A program made the translations under genes and the position numbers. Shown piece after piece: positions 8,476 through 15,316 of a stretch of 16,765 nucleotides of DNA. The notes under the pieces were generated by a model. It had not been told where the DNA came from, searched no databases, and worked only from the letters and a program-made list of their open reading frames with translations. The DNA lies in the NCBI GenBank assembly GCA_043753995.1, contig JAYUVP010000229.1:1-16765 (forward strand). Reading direction: 5' to 3'. Every line of letters begins with the position of its first letter. Position 1 is the stretch's first letter. This DNA is from Fibrobacterota bacterium (GTDB lineage Bacteria > Fibrobacterota > Fibrobacteria > UBA11236).

Positions 8476-8907
8476 ATGCTTTATGACATTCTGCTTCTGC
8501 TTCATTTCATCGGCCTAGCCATGGGCGTAGGCACCAGCTTTGCCACCGTTCGCCTGGGTCTTGCCACCCGATCCATGGAAAAAGCCGAACGCACGCGCTT
8601 CATGCTCACCGCCTTCGCCCTGGGAAAAAACGGCAGCATCGGTTTGGCCCTCCTGATTCTCACGGGAGTCGGCATGTTATTCGTCAAAGGACCTGCCGAG
8701 GTCATGCATTGGGGTGGAGGGGCATTTCACGCCAAGCTCACCCTCGTCGTCATTCTTTCCGGGCTCTTCGGTTATACGCAAGTGCTCGTGAAAAAAGCAC
8801 GTCTTGCCCAGGGTGGACCCGCAATGGCTACCCTTCCCAAGGTGGGTTTGGCCATGTTGGTAACCGGCATACTCATCATTGTTTGCGCAGTTTTCGCTTT
8901 TCACTAA
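8476..8907 (+). CDS. Four-TM inner-membrane protein, HemJ/CopD/DUF2269-like
   Basis: GGAGG RBS; four hydrophobic helices; His in TM1 (LLHFIGL) and a GG.FHAKLTLV motif before TM3. Confidence 0.8.
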   Translation: MLYDILLLLHFIGLAMGVGTSFATVRLGLATRSMEKAERTRFMLTAFALGKNGSIGLALLILTGVGMLFVKGPAEVMHWGGGAFHAKLTLVVILSGLFGYTQVLVKKARLAQGGPAMATLPKVGLAMLVTGILIIVCAVFAFH

Positions 8908-9133
8908 CACGGTTTGGAGGGGGAAGCTTCCCCCTCAGTCGAGCCTCCTCGTCGTGTACGGGGCGGCTGACGTTGCGGTCTGAAAAAGGGCTCGCGGTCC
9001 TCGGCCTGGATGGCCTAAGCCCTGAAGTCTTCGGCCTGCGGAGCGAGCTCTTTTTCAGACCTCCACCGCCGCCCCTTTGCCCTGCCCGGGAGGTTCGGCG
9101 CGGTGGAAATTCCTCGGCTTTTTTTCGCGCCAT
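8876..9133 (-). CDS. Hypothetical small basic, probably disordered protein (85 aa)
   Basis: ATG-started ORF filling the gap; 26 of 85 residues are R/K; weak RBS; 3' end overlaps the convergent membrane-protein gene by 32 bp. Confidence 0.4.
   Translation of the reverse strand: MARKKAEEFPPRRTSRAGQRGGGGGLKKSSLRRPKTSGLRPSRPRTASPFSDRNVSRPVHDEEARLRGKLPPPNRVSEKRKLRKQ
8917..8936. repeat. Perfect 20-bp palindrome
   Basis: GAGGGGGAAGCTTCCCCCTC is its own reverse complement. It lies 9 nt after the stop at 8907 and has no U-tract. Confidence 0.8.
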
Positions 9134-9177
9134 GTAGCTAAGCCCTGTAGTCTCTCACGCCTGCGGGGTCTCTCCCT

Positions 9178-9206
9178 GCCCCCTCGAACGGGGGCTAGGC
9201 CCCCCG
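9178..9206. repeat. Overlapping GC-rich hairpins (REP-like)
   Basis: GCCCCC-TCGAAC-GGGGGC-TAG-GCCCCC(CG): the central GGGGGC can pair with either flank. Confidence 0.55.
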
Positions 9207-9223
9207 TAACGCACCCATGATTT

Positions 9224-9487
9224 TTAGCTGTGACTTGATTCAGCCGATTGTGAGGGCGATGGATTCACCATGATTTCGATTTCCCCCCAGCTAAAGCGGG
9301 AGGAGTTGCTCTCGCCAATGAGCACGGCGCTGAGGGCCATGGCTGTCGCCCAAGTGGGCGAATGAATGCCTAGGGTTTTGAGGCGAGCCCAACTGCGGGA
9401 GAACGGCACCCACTTCACAAAGCGGTTCATAGACGAGGGCTTCCGGTTTTTCGCCAACAGGGGGTGTTTTGGAATAAGGGTTTTCAT
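9224..9487 (-). CDS. Hypothetical protein (87 aa)
   Basis: ATG 9487 preceded by GAAAGAGG; basic N-terminal half and a moderately hydrophobic stretch (TWATAMALSAVLIG); no recognised family. Confidence 0.5.
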   Translation of the reverse strand: MKTLIPKHPLLAKNRKPSSMNRFVKWVPFSRSWARLKTLGIHSPTWATAMALSAVLIGESNSSRFSWGEIEIMVNPSPSQSAESSHS

Positions 9488-9583
9488 GGTGCCTCTTTCC
9501 ATAGAAAGCGTCGAGTGTCTTGGCTACAATACAAAGAGGCCGTGGTCTAGGCAGTACGGAGATTGCCCCTTCTTTTTCTGTGC

Positions 9584-9617
9584 AAAAGAAAAGCGCGGCG
9601 ATTGCATCGCCGCGCTT
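9584..9617 (-). terminator. Rho-independent terminator of clpV
   Basis: Perfect 12-bp stem AAGCGCGGCGAT/ATCGCCGCGCTT (9591-9617) with a 3-nt loop, running into TTTTCTTTT on the minus strand; 43 nt after the clpV stop. Confidence 0.9.
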
Positions 9618-9660
9618 CGAAATCCCGTTGTAGAGCCTGAAACCCGAAATTCGCGAAAGC

Positions 9661-12414
9661 CTAGGCCACCGCGGTTTCTTCTTCTGCGGCATTGGACTCT
9701 TCGCCTTCTGCGGCGCTTTCGCCCTCGGCTGCCGGCTCGCCCATGTCGAAATCGCCGACGCTGAAACGCAGGTCGAATCCTTCGGGAGTGACGCCCACGA
9801 AGAGATGGGTGTAAACCACATTGGCGGCCATTTGGGCCAATAACTGGCGGGAGATTTCAGGCATGAGGCGCTGATCGAGAATATTGTCAATATTGCGGGC
9901 ACCGCTTTGGGACACGGTGCACATCTGCACAATGACGCGCACCACCTCGGGAGCCACGGCAAAAGCGAGCTTATGCCTATCCATGAGGCGTTTGCTCAGC
10001 TTCATCAATTTGAGCACCACGATTTTGCCCAAGTGTTCGGGACCCAGCGGCAAGAAGGGCACCACCTTGCAGCGCGCCAAGAGAGCGGGCTGAAAGTGAT
10101 CGGTGAGTTCTTGCAAAATGGCTTGGCGATATCCGTCGAGCAAGGTATCGGGATCTTGATTCCACATGTCGGTGATGGTGCCAAGGCCCAAATTGCTGGT
10201 CATGATGATGACGGTATTCTTGAAATTGATGTCGCGGCCTTCGCCATCGCGCAAATTGCCCTTGTCGAAAACTTGATAGAACATGTTGAGCACGTCCTTG
10301 TGAGCCTTTTCGACTTCGTCGAGAATGACCACGGTATAGGGACGCTTACGCACGCCCTCGGTCAAAACACCGCCGTCGCCATAACCCACATAACCAGCAC
10401 TGGCACCCTTGAGCTGGGTCACCGACATGCTGTCCTGGTATTCGCTCATATTGATGGTGACGATATTTTTCTCGCCGCCGAAGAGAACATCGGCGATGGT
10501 CATGGCCACTTCGGTTTTGCCGACACCGCTGGGGCCAGTGACGAGAAAGACGCCCATGGGTTTTTCCGGCGGGGTGAGGCCAAGCTTGGCCGAGCGTAGC
10601 GAGGCGGCGATTTCCGATACGCCTTGATATTGGCCGACCACGCGCTCGGTAATGGTTTTTTCCAAATCAAGTAAGGCTTGGGCCTCATTCTTGAGCATGT
10701 TGCCAGCGGGAATGCCGGTCCACTCGGAAATGATGGCGGCCACCACGGCGGGGGCGACATGGGCATGCACCAGCGGGGTTTCGCCTTGCAATTCTTCCAG
10801 GGCTTTCCACTTGGCGTCGAGGTCGGCACGCAGCTTTTCCACGGTGGCGACATCAGCCGGTTTGCCGTCACCCACGGGTTTGCCATCCTTGCCTTTACCG
10901 TCTTTGGCGGTTTGAATCTCATCTTGCAGGGCGATGATTTCCTTCACCGCGGCCAATTCTTTTTCCCACTGGGCTTTCACCGAGGTGGCATCTTCTTGTG
11001 CGGCTGCGAGCTTGGTGCGCGCCTTGGGCAAGGCCTCAGCATTGGTGAGAGCGCCCGTGGACTCGTCCTTTTCCAAAGCCGAGATTTCAATTTTCAAATT
11101 CTCAATGGCCTGTTCGAGATTCACTAAGGCTGCGGGAGGGGCGGTGAGGCCCATTTTCACACGTGCGGCGGCGGTGTCTAGCAAGTCCACGGCCTTGTCA
11201 GGAAGTTGCCGACCGGCGATATACTTATTGCTCATTTCGCAAGCGCTCTTAATGCCCTCATAGGTGATTTTCACTCCATGAAAGCTTTCATAACGCCCAC
11301 GTAAGCCTCGCAGCATGACGGCGGCAGATTCTGCGGTAGGCTCGGGCACATTCACCATTTGGAAACGGCGAGCCATGGCCGGATCCTTTTCGAAATACTT
11401 GCGGAATTCGGTGACCGTGGTGGCACCGATGATTTTGAGTTCGCCGCGCGCCATTTCGGGCTTCAGCAAATTGGCCGCATCGCCTGTTCCCTGTTCGCCG
11501 CCAGCGCCAAATAGGCTATGGGTTTCATCGATGAAGAGAATGATGGGCTTGGCCGAGCTTTTCACTTCCTTGATGACGCCCTTCAGGCGATTTTCGAATT
11601 CACCGCGAACACCAGCACCGGCTTGCAATAAGCCCATGTCCAGCACGCGAATCTCGACATTCTTCAAAATGTCGGGCACCTTGTTTTCTGAAATCGCCAG
11701 GGCCAAACCTTCCACCACGGCGGTTTTGCCTACGCCGGCTTCGCCGACCAAGATGGGATTGTTTTTGCGGCGGCGCGAGAGAATATCGACGACCATGCGA
11801 ATCTCGTCGTCACGACCGAAAATCGGATCCATTTTGCCGGCCTTGGCCTGCTCGGTCAGATTTTGGGTGAAGCGCTGCAGGGCTGAGCCGTCGGCAGGAG
11901 CGCCATCCGTGCCTCGACCGGCACCTTCCGGAGAATCTTCGGTTTCCTTGGAGCCCGCCGTGATTTCGGAGAACTTGGTGATCAAGGTTTCGACGGGAAT
12001 TTGTGCCAACAAATCGCCTAAGCCGGGAGAGACCAGGCCGGGATTGCGACGGGCCGCCAAAAGCAAAGCGGCAGTTCGGATTTGGGTTTGCCCGAGATTG
12101 AGCGAAGCCTCGGCCCAAGCGCTTTCCAGTATGCCCATGAAGGTGGGCGAAAATACCGGCTTGCCGGTATTGCCGACTCGTAATTCCTTCAAGTCCTGAT
12201 TCAGGGCGGTCTTAATCAGGCCGCCATTGATTTTGAAAAAAGCCAGGATATGGGTGAAGTCCCCCTTGCCTTCTTCAAGGGCTTGAGCCAATAAGTGGCT
12301 GAGAGTGACTTCATAATGGCCGCGCGTGACGCAGGCTCCGACGGCACCTTCCAGCAAGGTCCGCGTGTATTTATTGAGCTTTTCCAATATGGCACGAATC
12401 GAAGTGGCTATCAT
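9661..12414 (-). CDS. tssH: Type VI secretion system AAA+ ATPase ClpV/TssH
   Basis: AGGAGAG RBS. ClpV-type N-terminus (ILEKLNKYTRTLLEGAVGACVTRGHYEVTLSHLL). NBD1 has GEAGVGKT/ILFIDE with pore loop LLQAGAGVRGEFENRLK, which lacks the ClpB KYRG Tyr as in ClpV. NBD2 has GPSGVGKT, INMSEYQ...GYVGYGDGGVLTE, LDEVEKAH...FYQVFDKG and SGARNIDNIL. No IGF loop is evident. Confidence 0.9.
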   Translation of the reverse strand: MIATSIRAILEKLNKYTRTLLEGAVGACVTRGHYEVTLSHLLAQALEEGKGDFTHILAFFKINGGLIKTALNQDLKELRVGNTGKPVFSPTFMGILESAWAEASLNLGQTQIRTAALLLAARRNPGLVSPGLGDLLAQIPVETLITKFSEITAGSKETEDSPEGAGRGTDGAPADGSALQRFTQNLTEQAKAGKMDPIFGRDDEIRMVVDILSRRRKNNPILVGEAGVGKTAVVEGLALAISENKVPDILKNVEIRVLDMGLLQAGAGVRGEFENRLKGVIKEVKSSAKPIILFIDETHSLFGAGGEQGTGDAANLLKPEMARGELKIIGATTVTEFRKYFEKDPAMARRFQMVNVPEPTAESAAVMLRGLRGRYESFHGVKITYEGIKSACEMSNKYIAGRQLPDKAVDLLDTAAARVKMGLTAPPAALVNLEQAIENLKIEISALEKDESTGALTNAEALPKARTKLAAAQEDATSVKAQWEKELAAVKEIIALQDEIQTAKDGKGKDGKPVGDGKPADVATVEKLRADLDAKWKALEELQGETPLVHAHVAPAVVAAIISEWTGIPAGNMLKNEAQALLDLEKTITERVVGQYQGVSEIAASLRSAKLGLTPPEKPMGVFLVTGPSGVGKTEVAMTIADVLFGGEKNIVTINMSEYQDSMSVTQLKGASAGYVGYGDGGVLTEGVRKRPYTVVILDEVEKAHKDVLNMFYQVFDKGNLRDGEGRDINFKNTVIIMTSNLGLGTITDMWNQDPDTLLDGYRQAILQELTDHFQPALLARCKVVPFLPLGPEHLGKIVVLKLMKLSKRLMDRHKLAFAVAPEVVRVIVQMCTVSQSGARNIDNILDQRLMPEISRQLLAQMAANVVYTHLFVGVTPEGFDLRFSVGDFDMGEPAAEGESAAEGEESNAAEEETAVA

Positions 12415-12556
12415 GGCGCTCTCCTAAACGGGTATTAAAAACGAGTCAAACAGCGCTCGCAAATGTACTCCGAAACATTGAGTTTCTTACGGTTTCCAGA
12501 TGGGATAGTTAATACCATTGTGATGCCATTGCACTTTAGCGGTGGAAAACTATGCC

Positions 12557-14476
12557 ATGGCCAAAGGCCAACCCTCTTCGAAAAAGGCCGACACGGCCAA
12601 AACCTACGGACGCTATCGCGTGCTTTCCCCCTTGGGGCAAGGCGCTATGGCTTCGGTATTTCTCGCCGAAGATCCCTCCTTGGGCCGGCTCGTCGCCATC
12701 AAGGTGATTCACCTGCATTTGGCGGCCCAGGCCGATTTACTCACCCGCTTTACTTCCGAAGCCAAAACGGCTGCGAGCCTTCGCAGTCCCAATATCGTCG
12801 AGGTTTTCGACTATGGCATGGAAAGCGGCGCCCAGTATTTGGTGATGGAATACATCGATGGTCCGACCTTGCAGCATGTGCTGAATCAGCAAATGGGCTC
12901 GCCCTTGCCTATGACTTTGGCGGCATCGCTCGCCGTGCAGGCGGCCGAAGGCCTTTTGGTGGCCGAGCGCAAGAGCGTGGTGCATCGCGATATCAAGCCT
13001 GAAAATCTGATGCTGACCAGCAGCGGCTTGCTGAAGATTGCTGATTTCGGCATCGCCCATATCAATGAGCAAAACCTCACCCGCACGGGTAGCATACTAG
13101 GCTCTCCCAGCTATATGGCTCCCGAACAAATCGACGGCGGCAAACCCAGCCATCAAACCGATATGTTCGCCTTAGGTGCGGTTTTCTATTCCTGCCTAAC
13201 CGGACGCAAACCCTTTAATGGCCCGAATATCCCCTCGATTTTCCGGGCTATTTGTGAATTGCCCCATGTGCCGGCGCGCGAAAGCAATCCGGATTGCCAT
13301 GAACTCTTGGCGACCATGGTCGACACCTTGCTCAGCAAGGCCCCGGAGGATCGCGGCGCTGGAGCCAAGGCCTTGTCCGGGCAATTAAGGCAATGGCTGA
13401 ATCAGCAAGGCGTTTATGATCCGGCAGAAGAGGTGAGCCGATTTCTCGGTACCTTGCAGCCGGAAGGCGACAAGACCATGATGGAGTCGGCGCAAGCGAA
13501 TTCGGTACTCGAATCCGAGCCCGAACCCGAACCGATAAAGCCAGGTGCCAAGCGCGAAATCAAAGCTGCCGCCAAGGCCGCAGCCAAGCAAGCTTCTCAG
13601 GCTCAAGCGGCAGAAAAAAAATCAAACGAAGCAAAAGCCGAAACCAATCCATCCGCGCTGAAATCTTTGCGCCTTCCTAAATGGGCCTTATTTTCCATGG
13701 CAGGTAGCATGGGGGTTTTGTTTTTGGTTGTCATGCTGGTGGTGGCTAACTCGGGTGGCAAAAAGAAAAGTGAAGTGAAAGCCCCGCTTCCTCAGTCCAA
13801 TGTCGCGGAAACCGTTTTGCCCCAAGCCAAGGAAAGCACGCCTCCTGTTCCGGTGCCGACCGCGCCTGAAATTAAGCTGGTGCCTAGTTCGCTTGAAATG
13901 AAGGTGGGGGAGACGAGCTCTCCGGTCTTGCAGGGTTTGCCTAACGATTCCTCCGCGACCCTTACTTGGACTTCTTCAGCACCCAATGTCGCGGTTTGGC
14001 AGGATAGGCAAATTCTCGCCAAGGCTCCCGGGCAAGCCATGCTGCGTGCCCTATGGCAAAGCCAAGGCCTAAGTGCCGAGGCCAGTGCGAGCGTGATCGT
14101 TTTAGCGGAGCCGCCGACTCCACCCGCGGCTTCCTTGCCAGCGACCCTTCCATCTCAACCGTCCCAGGCATTGCCTCCATCAGGAACTGCAGGGCAAGCC
14201 ATTGCCGGATCAACTGCGACGGCGGCGAAAACCGACACCGCCGCCCAGGCCTCGGGACCTTGTTTGCTGAGCGTCACCTCCGCTCCGCCCTTCGCCGAAG
14301 TTTTTTTAGACGGGCGGTTTATAGGAGCGACACCGCTCAAGGGTAAGACGGTGTCCACCGGACGACATAAGCTGCTCATTAGTCATCGCCGCTTCGCTTC
14401 AATTGACACCACTTTGCGCGTAGTGTCTGGCCCGCTCTCCTTGAAATTTCGCTTCACCAAGGAAAAGCAGCCTTAA
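12557..14476 (+). CDS. Hanks-type membrane Ser/Thr protein kinase with extracellular Ig-like (Big_2-like) and PEGA domains
   Basis: LGQGAMASV, VAIK, HRDIKPEN, DFG, GSPSYMAPE; one TM (WALFSMAGSMGVLFLVVMLVVA); Ig-like LVPSSLEMKVGET...LTWTSSAPNVAV; PEGA LSVTSAPPFAEVFLDGRFIGATP...GRHKL. The start is either GTG 12542 or ATG 12557. Confidence 0.93.
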   Translation: MAKGQPSSKKADTAKTYGRYRVLSPLGQGAMASVFLAEDPSLGRLVAIKVIHLHLAAQADLLTRFTSEAKTAASLRSPNIVEVFDYGMESGAQYLVMEYIDGPTLQHVLNQQMGSPLPMTLAASLAVQAAEGLLVAERKSVVHRDIKPENLMLTSSGLLKIADFGIAHINEQNLTRTGSILGSPSYMAPEQIDGGKPSHQTDMFALGAVFYSCLTGRKPFNGPNIPSIFRAICELPHVPARESNPDCHELLATMVDTLLSKAPEDRGAGAKALSGQLRQWLNQQGVYDPAEEVSRFLGTLQPEGDKTMMESAQANSVLESEPEPEPIKPGAKREIKAAAKAAAKQASQAQAAEKKSNEAKAETNPSALKSLRLPKWALFSMAGSMGVLFLVVMLVVANSGGKKKSEVKAPLPQSNVAETVLPQAKESTPPVPVPTAPEIKLVPSSLEMKVGETSSPVLQGLPNDSSATLTWTSSAPNVAVWQDRQILAKAPGQAMLRALWQSQGLSAEASASVIVLAEPPTPPAASLPATLPSQPSQALPPSGTAGQAIAGSTATAAKTDTAAQASGPCLLSVTSAPPFAEVFLDGRFIGATPLKGKTVSTGRHKLLISHRRFASIDTTLRVVSGPLSLKFRFTKEKQP

Positions 14477-14582
14477 GGTTCCGACGTAAATGGGTTGTCA
14501 ACCCCGCGTTGGGTTGATGCTTGCCTGGTAAGGCACAAAGAACTCCGCCTTCTATTCCGGTGCAACAACCAAAATCCAAAAC

Positions 14583-14617
14583 AAAAAAAATCCCGTCTGA
14601 CCTAGGTCAGAACGGGA
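14583..14617 (-). terminator. Rho-independent terminator of the histone-like gene
   Basis: TCCCGT-CTGAC[CTAG]GTCAG-A-ACGGGA hairpin (14591-14617) followed by T8 on the minus strand; lies between convergent genes. Confidence 0.85.
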
Positions 14618-14679
14618 AATCTTGAGAAATGAAAAAGCAACTCTGAGCCGAGCTCTCGCTCGGATCCCAGAATGAAGAA

Positions 14680-15150
14680 TTACTTCTTCTTCGCTTTTTT
14701 CTTGGCGGGCTTGGCTGCCTTCTTGGCTGGCATCTTCACCGGCTTAGCTGCTTTCTTGGTCACCTTTTTGGCGGCCTTTTTAGCAGTCTTTGGCGTAGCC
14801 TTGGGAGCGACCTTCTTAGCGGGCTTAGCCGTTTTCTTGGCCGCCTTTTTCGCTGGCTTCGCTGCCTTTTTAGCAGGCTTTGGCGCAGCCTTAGGGGCAA
14901 CTTTATTAGCGGGTTTAGCCGCTTTCTTAGCTGCCTTTTTTGCCGGCTTGGCGGCAGGCTTAGCCGCAGGCTTTGCCACCGGTTCCGGTGCTGGCGGAGC
15001 AACCGGTGCCGGCTTGGGAGCCTTTTTCTTCACCGCTTTTTTCGCAGGCTTTGCTGCGGGAGCGGGTACCGTAGTTGCAGCCGTTTCGGCGGATGCAGTG
15101 TCGGTGGATTCGGGTGCGGCGGTGATTTCGTCGTCGAAAAGTGCGGTCAT
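14680..15150 (-). CDS. Histone H1-like Lys/Ala/Pro-rich nucleoid-associated protein (AlgP/Hc2-like composition)
   Basis: Repeated KPAKKAAK/KPAA units; acidic N-terminus (MTALFDDEITAAPESTD). Start moved to ATG 15150 (AAGGAG, 9-nt spacing); ATG 15156 is an alternative. Confidence 0.8.
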   Translation of the reverse strand: MTALFDDEITAAPESTDTASAETAATTVPAPAAKPAKKAVKKKAPKPAPVAPPAPEPVAKPAAKPAAKPAKKAAKKAAKPANKVAPKAAPKPAKKAAKPAKKAAKKTAKPAKKVAPKATPKTAKKAAKKVTKKAAKPVKMPAKKAAKPAKKKAKKK

Positions 15151-15193
15151 CTCCATCGTCTCCTTGGCTGAAGGACGGACAAATTCCGTCTTG

Positions 15194-15222
15194 AGAATAT
15201 AATCAAGAACGGTACGCGTCAA
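15194..15222 (-). promoter_or_regulatory. Sigma70-type promoter of the histone-like gene
   Basis: TTGACG (15222-15217), a 17-nt spacer, then TATTCT (15199-15194), about 45 nt upstream of the ATG. Confidence 0.65.
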
Positions 15223-15316
15223 TATCGATATAAAAATTCTGCTACACGATAGCGAGATTCAAAGTTGCTACTCGCTAAATAGTCGACAAGCATTTGGACT
15301 TGGCTGCATGCGACTC

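Noticed and set aside
8344..8505. N-terminal extension of the 219-aa ORF
   Set aside because: It overlaps the start of the divergent membrane-protein gene, and a strong AAGGAGG RBS supports ATG 8343.
9143..9172. GAGAGACTACA (minus strand) resembling a group I intron R element
   Set aside because: No nearby S element or interrupted host gene.
9884..12199. Long + strand ORFs (230, 149, 294 aa etc.) opposite clpV, and similar ORFs opposite serS, purD and DUF3108
   Set aside because: These are antisense shadows expected from GC-rich codon bias and show no recognisable motifs.
9661..12414. Calling the ATPase ClpB because a DnaJ gene is nearby
   Set aside because: The N-terminus, the NBD1 pore loop lacking Tyr and the GGVLTE/FYQVFDKG motifs fit ClpV. 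No dnaK/grpE is present and the dnaJ gene is 3 kb away.
14672..15202. 176-aa hydrophobic Phe/Leu/Ala ORF on the + strand that looks like a membrane protein
   Set aside because: It is the antisense shadow of the Lys/Ala repeats. The promoter, RBS and terminator all support the minus-strand gene.
15151..15222. TTG-started N-terminal extension of the histone-like ORF
   Set aside because: The TTG is the -35 box of the predicted promoter, and the RBS lies further downstream.
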